DNA from: an uncultured Actinomycetes bacterium
Lineage (GTDB): Bacteria > Actinomycetota > Thermoleophilia > UBA2241
Assembly (NCBI GenBank): GCA_963725665.1
Contig: CAVRZA010000006.1
Coordinates: forward strand, 320,001 to 384,000
DNA length: 64,000 bases
Direction: 5' to 3'
Positions 1 through 9,560 of the stretch are shown piece after piece. The notes beneath the pieces are model-generated. The model searched no databases and was not told where the DNA came from. It saw only the letters and a list, made by a program, of their open reading frames with translations. The position numbers and the translations under genes were made by a program. Every line of letters begins with the position of its first letter. Within the stretch, counting starts at the first letter, position 1.

Positions 1-72
1 AACGTCGCCGCCTGGATGCCCGCCCGCCGTTTCACGTCGGCCCTTCCACCATTCCGAGGACGTGCGCACGCA

Positions 73-1350
73 TCATGACTCCCCCCACACAGTTCGCGGG
101 TCCACCGCCGTCTCGAGCATCGTAAGGGCGCGCTCGACCAGGCGGCGGCGCAGCGCCACCTCGTCGGCCCGGTTCTGCTCCGGATCACCCACGGGATTGG
201 TGATGGCCACGCCGCGCACGATGCGGTTGGCGCCGACCATGACGGCTATCGTCGGCAGGGCCGTGATGATCACTGTCGGTATCCCGGCTCGTTCCAGCTC
301 TTTGGCCAGCGTTGCCCCGCAACGCGTCCCCGTTCCTCAGGTTCCTGTGAGCAGCACAGCGTTGATGTGCGCCTCGTGCAGCTCCTGGGCGATCTCCTGC
401 CCGAACTTGGCCGCCGTGGCCACCGGCGTCGAGTTGCCGGTCGTCGTGTAGAAGACGTCGTGCAGCCGTCCGATGCGACCCTCGCGCTCCAGCACCCGCA
501 CAACATCAAGCGGCACGAGCCGGTTGGGATCGGCGTTCGCGACGCCGACATCGTAACCGCCGTGCACCGACTCGAACTCGCCCGCGCGCAGAGAGTCGAC
601 GTCCCTCAGCGAGTAGCGCAGCCACTTGTGCGCGCGGTTCGACTCGAGATGGTCCGGATTGCCCTGCGGGACGCACCCGGCCTCGCTCACCAGCGCCAGC
701 ATAGCAGTGCTCAGATCGGCCACAGGGGCCGGCGGCGGCACGAGGTCTCGCGGTGCTTCGACCTCCGTGTATGTCTTCCCCTCGAGCTTCGCCAGGAGCA
801 TCTCGACGGCGCGGGCTGCGCCGGGCAGCTCGCAGAGCTCGTTGCGGCGCAGCCCGCGCGGCAGGTAGCCCTCCTCGGCCGGTCCGCCGACCGGTTCGCG
901 GGTTCCGAGGCGGCGAGCCAGTGACGCCATCTTGGGCAGTGTGTCGCGCATGGCTGCCACGCGCGACCCGGTCGGCACGACGTACGCGGCGCCCTCGGCG
1001 GCGAGTACTCCCGGGCTCTCCGGCTCCATGCCGCAGACCGCAGGGATGCCGCGACGCGCCGCCTCACGGGCCAAGACGCCGCAGGCGTAGCCGTAGCGCC
1101 CGGAGCCGAACGAGGGTCCGCAGACGAGCACGTCGGGGCGCTCGGCCTCGAGGTGGCGCAGCAGCGTCGCCAGGGCCGTCTCTTCGTGCTCGCCGAAGTA
1201 ATCGTCGCCGCAGGCAAGCGTGGCCGCCACCTCAAGGCCGAGCGCCCGGCCTGGCCCAACGGCACCCTCGAGTCGCAACGGCGCCATACCGGCAGAGTCC
1301 TCACCGCCGAAGCCGGCGAAGAACTGGTTGAGGTAGTGAACGACTCTCAC
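73..1350 (-). CDS. grdB: Glycine/sarcosine/betaine reductase component B selenoprotein subunit (in-frame TGA = Sec at 337-339)
   Basis: N-terminus MRVVHYLNQFF; ORFs 337..1350 and 73..273 are in the same frame and joined by one TGA: LLTGT-U-GTGTRCGATLAKELERAGIP...GANRIV, matching the GrdB-family C-terminus; hairpin 11 nt after the UGA. Confidence 0.92.
309..325 (-). promoter_or_regulatory. Putative bacterial SECIS element
   Basis: mRNA reads UGA + 11 nt + GCGUUGC-GGG-GCAACGC (7-bp stem, G-containing loop). Confidence 0.75.
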
Positions 1351-1359
1351 GATGCGACC

Positions 1360-2655
1360 TTACGCCGGAGCCGCGCGCACGCGCATGTCGCCCGTCTGAG
1401 ACAGTGAGCCCAGATAGCTCACCAGTGGCAGCGGCCGGGGTTCGCGTGCCGGCTGCGCGTCGAGCATGACATCTCCCCCGATGACCTCGACGGGCTCCCA
1501 TTCGGCTACCAGTTCCTCCTCGTTGCCCACGCTCACGATGGCGTCGGCCTCAGGTACGTGGTCGGTGAGACCGGCGTTGGTCTCGGCTACCAGCATGACC
1601 GTGCGGATTCCGAGACGCTCACAGGCGCGGCAGGTCAGCATCGTATCGGTGTGCGAATTGCCCGACGAGAACGTCGTGAGGATCGCCCCTTCGGCGCCCA
1701 GCTGCTGGCCCAGCTTGGCCGCCATCATGGCCATACGTTCCTTCTCGAAGGCCGAGGGCAGGTAGGCCAGCGTGAGCACCACTCCGCGAAGATCGACATA
1801 GGATCCGTGCGCCCGCAGAAGCCTCAGAAGGAGATCGCTGCGCTGGTAGAAGTGCGTTGGGTTGCGTACGCCTGCCCAATCGTACTGGCCGGCCGTCAGC
1901 GCCCCATCGAGGACCTCCCGGGGATCTAGCACAGTCGCGACAGCGCCCTTGAGCGAAGCTCCATAGAAGTAGGTGTCCACCAGGGGGCCCTCGGCCGCGA
2001 CCTGAAGGATCACGCACACCCGGGGCATCTCGCCCGACACGTCACCCCAGTGCAGCACCTCGACATCGCCGGGAACCACCTCCGCCGGCACCTCCGCCGC
2101 CAGGGCTCGCGCGAACGCAAGCGTCACCCGTCGCAAGGAGCGGTCGACGTCTGCTAGCTGCACTGTCGGATCACAGCGGAACGAGAGGACGACGTTCTGC
2201 GTCGCCGACCAGTGCGAGAAGGCCGCCCCCGGGCCGCCCATGTCGACGATAGAGTCTCCGTCGGGAACGACGTCGAGGGCTGTGACATCGTGACTTGCCC
2301 GCAAATCGGCCGTTGCGAGCACCGCCACCCCCGAGAGACGCCGAGTCGGTCCGATGCCGACGGGCTTCAACGTTCCCAGAGCGCCGGGAAACGTGGCCTC
2401 TGGCTCCGCGGTCTTGAGCGCAGGCTCCACTGCATCGAGCACGTTGAGCAGACGGACTGGGTCTCCTGGTCGAACGACGCTCAGACGCACCTCGAGGATC
2501 CCGGGCAGGCCCAACCAGAGCGGCTCGAGCGAGGCTTCGCTCACCGTCAGACGGCCGTCTTCCCAGGCCGTGCTTGACCCCTGGACGAGCCCTCCCACGG
2601 CGTGCGAGCTTATCTCGAGAACGGAAAGTCGGTCTTGAGTCACGGTCTGTCGCAT
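1360..2655 (-). CDS. Glycine/sarcosine/betaine reductase component B alpha/beta-type subunit (GrdE/GrdI-like)
   Basis: Motifs DAVEP, FPG, IVDMGGPGAAFSHWSATQNVV, P.EVLDGA, GAILT..GNSHTDTML.C; ends 9 nt upstream of grdB. Confidence 0.85.
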   Translation of the reverse strand: MRQTVTQDRLSVLEISSHAVGGLVQGSSTAWEDGRLTVSEASLEPLWLGLPGILEVRLSVVRPGDPVRLLNVLDAVEPALKTAEPEATFPGALGTLKPVGIGPTRRLSGVAVLATADLRASHDVTALDVVPDGDSIVDMGGPGAAFSHWSATQNVVLSFRCDPTVQLADVDRSLRRVTLAFARALAAEVPAEVVPGDVEVLHWGDVSGEMPRVCVILQVAAEGPLVDTYFYGASLKGAVATVLDPREVLDGALTAGQYDWAGVRNPTHFYQRSDLLLRLLRAHGSYVDLRGVVLTLAYLPSAFEKERMAMMAAKLGQQLGAEGAILTTFSSGNSHTDTMLTCRACERLGIRTVMLVAETNAGLTDHVPEADAIVSVGNEEELVAEWEPVEVIGGDVMLDAQPAREPRPLPLVSYLGSLSQTGDMRVRAAPA

Positions 2656-2660
2656 TCCAT

Positions 2661-2761
2661 GTCGATAGTCGACAGTTTACAGACTATGGCCTTTGGCGAG
2701 CAGGGTCAACGGACTTCTTGCAGACCGAGGATAGAGTCGCTGCCGACGGTTGACTGTCGAC
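2661..2761. promoter_or_regulatory. Putative GntR operators in divergent promoter
   Basis: GTCGAT-A-GTCGAC-A-GTTTAC (2661-2680) and GTTGAC-T-GTCGAC (2749-2761); related motifs at 7502, 9489 and 16931. Confidence 0.6.
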
Positions 2762-2816
2762 CGAAGCGGCCGTAGCGTACGCACCGAACAGCATCGAGGA
2801 CCGTCAGGAGGCGTCG

Positions 2817-3245
2817 ATGGACAAGTGCCGGAGTCTGTACGCCGCGATGGCAAAGCTGCGCGCCGGCTTCAAGGCCGACGTGGTGAACATGTGCGTCGAG
2901 GAGAACGCTCAACAGCGCGACGGGTATCCCGTCGAGTACACGCTGGCCGGGGAGGGGCAGCTCTTGTGGACGTGCGGCTACGGGATCACGTCGACCTGTC
3001 GGAATCTCGACGCCGCCCACGCGCTGCTGAACTACTACCTAAGCCCCCAAGCGGAAGCCTTCGAGGCCAAGCAGTGGAACTACATGGTGACCAACGAGGA
3101 GACCCTCAAGGTAGTGAGCGACGAGGTGCGCAAGAAGGCGCGCCTGGATCAGGCATACGACCTGGGGAACGCCCTGCCCGCCGCGCCGCCGGCGCAGGGG
3201 TACCCCAACTGGGTCCGCGCCTGGGAGGACTTCAAGCGCTACTAG
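2817..3245 (+). pseudogene. Internally deleted paralog of the polyamine-type ABC substrate-binding protein at 9561
   Basis: AAMAKLRAGFKADVVNMCVEE is joined directly to EGQLLWTCGYGIT...GNALPAAPP; no signal peptide and the middle of the protein is missing. Confidence 0.8.
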
Positions 3246-3255
3246 GAAGGTCGGC

Positions 3256-3723
3256 GTGAGGGCCAGCCTGCTCGCGACGATCGGGTCGGCCCTCGCCATC
3301 GTCGCCGCCTCGGTGGCGCTCGGCCTGCTGACAAACGCGGCGTCGTCGAGCGGGCTGCCTCTCCGTGCCGAGCGAACGGAGCCGATCGGCGTCGTCACAC
3401 TCGGCGAGGCGCGGGCAGCCTTCCTCGACGACGCCGCCCAATTCGTCGACGCCCGCTCCGCCGAAGCGTTCGCCGAGAAGCACATCGGCGGGGCACTCAG
3501 CGTGCCCTTCCTGCAACGCGAGCGTCTCCGCCCGCGGTTGGCCGGAGCGGTGCCCCGCACCCGCCGCCTCATCGTCTATTGTGATGGTCCTGCGTGCGGG
3601 CAGGCCTCCGAGCTCGCGACCTGGCTGCGCAGCCAGGGGTGGCGCCACGTCGGGGTGTTCCTCGACGGTCTGCCCGCGTGGCGCCAGGCAGACTACCCCA
3701 TGGCGACGGGCGGCGAGCCGTGA
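3256..3723 (+). CDS. Rhodanese-like domain protein with N-terminal membrane/signal segment
   Basis: FVDARS..F...HIGGALSVP, VYCDGPAC active-site loop, LDGLPAW. Confidence 0.85.
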   Translation: MRASLLATIGSALAIVAASVALGLLTNAASSSGLPLRAERTEPIGVVTLGEARAAFLDDAAQFVDARSAEAFAEKHIGGALSVPFLQRERLRPRLAGAVPRTRRLIVYCDGPACGQASELATWLRSQGWRHVGVFLDGLPAWRQADYPMATGGEP

Positions 3724-4181
3724 AACGGCTTCTCGGCAGCAGGCACGTTCCCCTGGTGGCGAGGCTCATCCTCGGCGCGCTCTTCATATACGCCGCCTAC
3801 GACAAGGTGCTCGACCCGCGCGCCTTCGCCGACGCGATAGACAACTACCGCCTCGTGCCTGATGGCCTCGTGAACACGGTGGCCGTCGCCCTCCCCTGGA
3901 TCGAGGTCGCAGTGGGCGCCTGCCTCCTGCTCGGTGTCCTTGCGCCCGGCGCCGGGCTGCTCGCAGGGTGCCTGCTCGCAGTCTTCACGTTCGCCTTGGT
4001 CAGCGCCCTCGTGCGCGGCCTCGACATCCGCTGCGGCTGTTTCGGCCTCGAGGGCGGCGCGGCGATCTCGTGGGTCGACGTAGCCGTGCGTATCGCGCTC
4101 CTGGCGCTGTGCGTCGAGGTGGTCACGGCGAGTCACACCATCGACTGGCCGACGGCCGTGCTCGAGCGCCGGCGCAGCTAA
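3720..4181 (+). CDS. MauE/DoxX family redox-associated membrane protein
   Basis: RLILGALFIYAA, LPWIE, GLDIRCGCFG; GTG start overlaps the rhodanese stop. Confidence 0.85.
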   Translation: MKRLLGSRHVPLVARLILGALFIYAAYDKVLDPRAFADAIDNYRLVPDGLVNTVAVALPWIEVAVGACLLLGVLAPGAGLLAGCLLAVFTFALVSALVRGLDIRCGCFGLEGGAAISWVDVAVRIALLALCVEVVTASHTIDWPTAVLERRRS

Positions 4182-4245
4182 GTACGGCGACCGCCGGGGA
4201 CCGGCGGCCTGCGAGGGCCGCGGCTTCGGCCGACGCTGGCACGCG

Positions 4246-5394
4246 TCAACCGGGCGCCGCGATCCTCGTCCGCGAGACCTGCTGCTCGGCGACGGCGTCC
4301 TCGTCGAGCTCCACCCCCAACCCCGGCTTCTCGGGGATGCGCAGTAGCGACACGCCGTCGATCGTCTCTGTCTCGAGGCCCGTGGCAAGATCGCGCGCGA
4401 AGTCCCCTCCCCTCCACGGCGGGTCTGTGTCGCTCGATATCGCGTTGGCCAGGGCGGCGTGCAGGTGGACGACAGGCGCTGTGCCGACGGTGGCGTGACC
4501 CATGTTGCCGACGTGGACTCCCACTCCGGCCGCCTCGGCGATCGCGTTCACCTTGAGAGCGCCGAGGATGCCGCCAGTCTTCATCAGCTTCACGCTGATC
4601 AGGTCGCAGGCTTCGGCACGCACTGCGGCGAGCGCCTCACGTGGACCGCGCACGCTCTCGTCGAGGCACAGAGGGACTTCCACACGCGTCCGTACTCTCC
4701 GGGCGCCCTCCAGGTCCCCGGCGCGCAGCGGTTCCTCTACGAACGCCACCCCATGACGCTCCAGTCTCTTGATGCCCGCCACGGCGCGATGGACGGTTCT
4801 CCATCCCTGATTGGCATCGACGCGTATCTCGGCGCCGGCGCCGACAGCGTCGCGCAGCACGGCCACGAGCTCCAGCCGCTCGTCGCGGAGCTCGCGCTCA
4901 TCGCCTGGGCACAGGTAGAGCTTGAAGACCCGAATCCCAGCGCGCCGAAGCGCGGCGGCTCGGGAGGCAAGAGCCTCCGCCGGCTCGTCGCGGTCGAGTG
5001 GGCAGGCTTCGTGGATCACCCTCCCGTAGAGACCGCCCAGGAGCTCGTACAAGGGCCGCCCGAGAGCCTTTCCCTTGACGTCCCACAGGGCCATCTCGAG
5101 AGCACCGCGCGCGGCCTCGTTCCCGACTCCGGTCTCCTCCCATCGACGGGCGACGGCCTCGATGGCTAAGGGATCTCGCCCGATCAGAGCGGGAGCGAGG
5201 TGGGAGGCGATGACGGCCGTGACGGTCGCCGCCGTTTCGCCGGTGTAGGCGTAACCCGGACACGCCTCCCCGAGGCCTACGACGCCCTCATCGGTCTCCA
5301 CGCGAACCAGGACGAGCTGGCTCCAGCGCCACGCCGAGGTCTCCCGCCGCATCCTCATGCGTAGCGTGTCTGTCTCGACGCAAGTGATCTTCAT
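4246..5394 (-). CDS. Enolase-superfamily enzyme (muconate-lactonizing/epimerase-racemase subgroup)
   Basis: GLGEA, EMALWD..GK..G.PLYELLGG; metal ligands VDAN, VEEP, LDES; SVKLMKTGG. Confidence 0.85.
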   Translation of the reverse strand: MKITCVETDTLRMRMRRETSAWRWSQLVLVRVETDEGVVGLGEACPGYAYTGETAATVTAVIASHLAPALIGRDPLAIEAVARRWEETGVGNEAARGALEMALWDVKGKALGRPLYELLGGLYGRVIHEACPLDRDEPAEALASRAAALRRAGIRVFKLYLCPGDERELRDERLELVAVLRDAVGAGAEIRVDANQGWRTVHRAVAGIKRLERHGVAFVEEPLRAGDLEGARRVRTRVEVPLCLDESVRGPREALAAVRAEACDLISVKLMKTGGILGALKVNAIAEAAGVGVHVGNMGHATVGTAPVVHLHAALANAISSDTDPPWRGGDFARDLATGLETETIDGVSLLRIPEKPGLGVELDEDAVAEQQVSRTRIAAPG

Positions 5395-5506
5395 CGCACA
5401 CGACGCATCGATCAGCATCCCTCAAGCGTGCGCCTGCGGGGCGTTATGTCACGCACGCGCCGGAGCGACCGTCCGAGCCCAGGCCGGCCGGCCCCGACCC
5501 CACCCG

Positions 5507-7153
5507 TCAGAGCGAGGTCCTGCGCCGGCGCCTGTCACGCAGGACCTCACGCACGCAGTTCGTGCCGTTGGCGCCGCTGATGCCGCCTCCGGGGTGCGTG
5601 CCGGCTCCGCAAAGGTACAGTCCGGAGATCGGCGTGCGGTAGTCGGCGTAGCCGCGTACGGGACGCAGGAAGAAGAGCTGATGGTCGCCCATGTCGCCGT
5701 GCAGCGCGTGCCCGCCGGTCACGTTCCACAGCCTTTCCATGTCGAGCGGCGAGAGTACCTGTCGGTGCTCGATGGCGCCGGGAAGGTTGGGGAAGTAGCG
5801 GGCGATCTGGGCGATGGCGCGGTCGGCGACCTCGTCCTTGATGTCGTCCCAGCTCGAGCCGTCGCGCAGCGTGTAGGGCTGCGAATTCATGTCGATCGTG
5901 ACGATGTGCTTGCCCGGCGGCGCCAGTGAGGGATCGAACACGGTCGGGCAGCACAACTCCACGTGCGGGTTCTCGATGGCGGGGATGCCGGCACGCGCCT
6001 GGGCCTGGTTCAGGTCCATCTCGGTCACGGTCGAGTTGCACTCGACGATGCAGCGGTGGTACGGCTGCACGTCGCCCGGGACCTCGTTGAGCTCGTCCCA
6101 GGCCGCACGCGGCAGCTCACCGACGGCCAGGTTCACCTTAATGCTCGTGCCCTCACAGATGAAGGCGCGCAGGGCGTTGACGTAGTCCTCCGGGAGCTCC
6201 CGCTCGTCGACCATGGCGAGCATCGTGCGCTTGGGGTCGGCGTTCGACACCACGACGGGCGCCCGCACCTCATCACCGCCCTCGAGCACGACACCGACGA
6301 CGCGTCCGCACTCAACGAGAATGCGCTCGACCGTCGCCCCCGTGCGGATCTCGGCGCCGGCCTCGCAAACCGCATCGGCCATCAGGGCAGTGAGCGTCCC
6401 GATCCCGCCGCGCACGAACCCCCACTTGCGCACGCCTCCTCCGGCCTCGGAGGAGGCGAACTCGTGCAGCAGCACGTATGCGGTGCCAGGCGTCGAGGGC
6501 CCGGAGACGCTGTCGTTGATGGCGAACCACGACAGCGCGCCCTTGATGACGTCGCTCTCGAAACGCTCGTCGAGGTACTGGGCACAAGAGGCGGCGAAGA
6601 GGTGAGCGGCGCCGAGGAGCTGCTTGCGGTGACGGATGGCCGGCAGCCCGACGCGTGCGAGCCGCTCGAGGTCGGCCCAGCCGCGAATGCGAGGGTCGAA
6701 GGGCGTCACACTGAACAACGGACCGAACCAGCCGGCAAGTTCCTCCAGCTCGTCAGAGAAGCGCTGGTAGGCGCGTGCGTCTTTGCAAGACAGGGGCGCG
6801 ATCTCGCGCCGCATGTCGGCCGGGTCCTCGTGCAGGTAGAGGTGCTCGCCGCCGGCGAACAGATTGAGGCTCGGGCCGGTGGGATCCACCCGAAGCCCGC
6901 GCTCGGCCAAGCGCATGTCGCGCCAGATCGCCTCGCGTAGCATGGCGAGCACATAGGCCCCCGTCGACGCCCGGTAGCCGGGCGCGAACTCCTCGGTGAC
7001 GGCCATGCCACCGACGAACGGACGGCGCTCGAGGATCAGCACCCGCAGACCCGAACGGGCGAGGTAGAACGCCGACACCATACCGTTATGGCCCCCGCCC
7101 ACGACTATCGCGTCGTAGCCCGCTGGTGGCTGTACGCTCAGAGTCGGCTCCAT
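5507..7153 (-). CDS. Phytoene desaturase-like (PYROXD2-like) FAD-dependent oxidoreductase
   Basis: GGGHNG FAD motif, GGMAVTEE, C-terminal YRTPISGLYLCGAGTHPGGG. Confidence 0.85.
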   Translation of the reverse strand: MEPTLSVQPPAGYDAIVVGGGHNGMVSAFYLARSGLRVLILERRPFVGGMAVTEEFAPGYRASTGAYVLAMLREAIWRDMRLAERGLRVDPTGPSLNLFAGGEHLYLHEDPADMRREIAPLSCKDARAYQRFSDELEELAGWFGPLFSVTPFDPRIRGWADLERLARVGLPAIRHRKQLLGAAHLFAASCAQYLDERFESDVIKGALSWFAINDSVSGPSTPGTAYVLLHEFASSEAGGGVRKWGFVRGGIGTLTALMADAVCEAGAEIRTGATVERILVECGRVVGVVLEGGDEVRAPVVVSNADPKRTMLAMVDERELPEDYVNALRAFICEGTSIKVNLAVGELPRAAWDELNEVPGDVQPYHRCIVECNSTVTEMDLNQAQARAGIPAIENPHVELCCPTVFDPSLAPPGKHIVTIDMNSQPYTLRDGSSWDDIKDEVADRAIAQIARYFPNLPGAIEHRQVLSPLDMERLWNVTGGHALHGDMGDHQLFFLRPVRGYADYRTPISGLYLCGAGTHPGGGISGANGTNCVREVLRDRRRRRTSL

Positions 7154-7501
7154 CTCCCCCCGCTGGCACGTCGCCTGAGTCCGGTGTGCCGCCGGCGCTC
7201 CGCGGAGCGGCGGCGGCACACCCTTCGCGCGGCCACGCTAGCCGAGGGCGACGGTCCTGTCAACGCGGTGATGCAACGATATTCGTGGCGGAACCCGCGG
7301 AGAAGGGAGGCATGACGCATAAAGATGGCAGCCGTGTGGACGATTACCGTATCCTCGTACTCCGAACCAGGGCGAGGCCGGCCTCCCATCAGAGCGACGG
7401 GCCTCCCTGCACCCAGAAGCGACGGCTCGGCCCCCCGCTACGCATCTCGCGTCTTCTCCCACCCCGCCCTCTGCATTGCGCAAACGGTGGCCCGGTCTGT
7501 G

Positions 7502-7514
7502 GTAGACTGTCAAC
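7502..7514 (+). promoter_or_regulatory. Operator overlapping the -10 box (TAGACT) of a probably leaderless gntR
   Basis: GTAGACTGTCAAC ends 3 nt before the ATG; no Shine-Dalgarno. Confidence 0.55.
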
Positions 7515-7517
7515 ATC

Positions 7518-8192
7518 ATGAAGCCCCTGCAGACAAGAAGATCGCTGGCCGAAGACGCAGCCGACCGCGTGCGTGAGGAGATCCTTACCGGGGGGTTCAA
7601 GCAGGGCGAGCGTCTGGTCGAGGCGCGCATCGCTCAGGAGCTCGGCATCAGTCGGGGGCCGTTGCGCGAGGCCTTCAAGCTCTTGCGCGCCGAGGGCCTG
7701 GTGAAAGAAGAACCCAATCGCGGGACCTTCGTCGTGCGGCTCTCGGGCACCGACGTGCGTGACATCTTCGAGCTCCGCGAGGCTTTGGAGACCATGGCCG
7801 TTCGCCTGCTCGTCGACCGCGGCCGGGAATCAGGGCTGCGCGAGCTGCGCAAGCTCCTCGATCAGCTGGAGAAGGCGGCGGGCAACGGGGACGTGCGAGC
7901 CGTCTCTCGGGCCGACCTCACTCTGCACGAGGCGATCTGCCGGCTCAGCAGCAATGCGCGCCTGCACGCGGCTTACACGCGCGACTTTCCGACCATGCTC
8001 GCGCTGATCCACATCGACGACCAGCTGTACCCTTCACTTGAGGCCATGGCGCGTGAACACAGGCCCATCCTGGATGCCATCGGCGAAGGCGATGCCGATC
8101 TGGCGGTCACGCACCTCCAGAAGCACATCCGCGAGGCATCAGACCTCGTGGCGGCCTACATCGAAGCTATGCCCGAGAACAGTCCCGCCTAA
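7518..8192 (+). CDS. GntR family transcriptional regulator (FCD domain)
   Basis: GERLVEARIAQELGISRGPLREA HTH; ELREALE, FCD-type His residues. Confidence 0.92.
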   Translation: MKPLQTRRSLAEDAADRVREEILTGGFKQGERLVEARIAQELGISRGPLREAFKLLRAEGLVKEEPNRGTFVVRLSGTDVRDIFELREALETMAVRLLVDRGRESGLRELRKLLDQLEKAAGNGDVRAVSRADLTLHEAICRLSSNARLHAAYTRDFPTMLALIHIDDQLYPSLEAMAREHRPILDAIGEGDADLAVTHLQKHIREASDLVAAYIEAMPENSPA

Positions 8193-8241
8193 CTGGCCCG
8201 TCCTAGCACGGTCGCCCGAGGAGCTGCAAAGGGGGGTGCAG

Positions 8242-9351
8242 GTGGATGACCGCAAGCGTCCGGGGCGCTCTCTCGCAGAGCTTGTGACTGGCCTCACCGC
8301 CGTCCTGCTCGTCCTCATGGCCTCGGGCTGCACCGACACGACACGCGAGACTGCGACCGCAGCCAACGACAGGGTCATCGCCGGCGCCATCACGGTGATC
8401 GCTCCCCGGGGAAGCGTCGACGCGTCGCTGATGCGCGCGTTCCGGCGCGCCTATCCGAAGGTGACGCTCAGGATAGTCACCTGCGACGGCGACCAGATCG
8501 CGCCGCGACTCGAAGGCGGTCTCGCGGCCGACGTCGTCGCCGTCTCGTCGGAGGACACGCTGCCGCTCCTCGTCTCGCTCCGACTCGTGCAAGCCATTGA
8601 TGCCGAGCGGTTGACCGAGTGGGGGTCGATAGTTCCCTCAGCAAGACGCTTCCCCGCCTTCCTGAGCGGTGGACGCACGTACGCTGTTCCCACTGGGGTG
8701 AATCTCGTCGGCATCGCCCTTGCCGCCGGGCGGGGTCCGGACGTCGACTCACTCGCGGACCTCTTCTCGCCCCGGCTGAACGGCAAGGCAGCCATGCCCG
8801 ACCGCGCCGTTCTGGGCATTGACATAGGGGCGCTCGCGCTGGGCTACGACGTGTCTTCTTCGCTCTCAGACGATCAGCTCCTGAACGTCAAGGCACTCTA
8901 CGGCGACAACGAGGACAACTTCAGGCGATTCTGGTCGCGACCGACAGAGCTCGCCCGTCTGTTCAGGTCCGGAGCTCTGCTCGCCAGCCCGTGTGACCTT
9001 GCTCAGGCGACCCGGCTCCAACGCGAGGGGCTCGCAGTGCGCTTCGTGCAACCCTCGGAGGGTATGCTCGCCTCCCTCCGCGGTTTCGCCCTCGCGGCGC
9101 ACGCTCCCAACGCAGCGGCCGCCTACGCCTTCCTCGACTGCGCTCTCTCGCGCCCCGTCCAGAAGCAGGCCGCGAGGGATGCTCTGGCGATCCCGGTGAG
9201 GAGCGATGTGGAACTCCTCGTCCCGCCCGCACCGCTGGGAACGGTCAACATCGAGGGTCTGCTAAGGACCGTCCGTCCCGTGCTCCGACCTGAACGGTAC
9301 GACATGTGGATCGTTGCCTGGGCACAGGCCAAGAAGAAGGGCCGTGGCTGA
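8242..9351 (+). CDS. PotD/PotF-like ABC substrate-binding lipoprotein (divergent)
   Basis: Lipobox LMASGC; similar to the neighbouring binding proteins (YAVP, DLFSP, FVQPSEG, AAYAFLD). Confidence 0.75.
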   Translation: MDDRKRPGRSLAELVTGLTAVLLVLMASGCTDTTRETATAANDRVIAGAITVIAPRGSVDASLMRAFRRAYPKVTLRIVTCDGDQIAPRLEGGLAADVVAVSSEDTLPLLVSLRLVQAIDAERLTEWGSIVPSARRFPAFLSGGRTYAVPTGVNLVGIALAAGRGPDVDSLADLFSPRLNGKAAMPDRAVLGIDIGALALGYDVSSSLSDDQLLNVKALYGDNEDNFRRFWSRPTELARLFRSGALLASPCDLAQATRLQREGLAVRFVQPSEGMLASLRGFALAAHAPNAAAAYAFLDCALSRPVQKQAARDALAIPVRSDVELLVPPAPLGTVNIEGLLRTVRPVLRPERYDMWIVAWAQAKKKGRG

Positions 9352-9477
9352 TGCAACTGAGGGAGCCGCCGGGCGCGGCTCGAGCGCCGGGGACCGGCAA
9401 CCGGACAGCGTTACGAATGCTTCTCGATCGCCGTCTCAGGGCCGCTTCCGCGGGACCCGCTCCAGGCTTCTTGCAGG

Positions 9478-9518
9478 GTCGACTGACGGTTGACTGTCGA
9501 CACTTGGTTACGTAGCAT
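9478..9518 (+). promoter_or_regulatory. GntR operator and -10 box of the ABC operon
   Basis: GTCGACTGACGGTTGACTGTCGAC followed by TAGCAT; 17 bp identical to 2745-2761. Confidence 0.6.
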
Positions 9519-9560
9519 GGCGGGAGATGCGCCATGGGCATCGGGTGAAAAGGGGGGATC

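Noticed and set aside
1-72. Possible start of a further grd gene (GrdC-like) on the minus strand
   Set aside because: Only about 12 codons are visible, too few to call.
7154-7500. ncRNA or small gene in the divergent gap with a hairpin at about 7183-7221
   Set aside because: A hairpin alone in high-GC DNA is weak evidence, and the short ORFs show no recognisable motifs.
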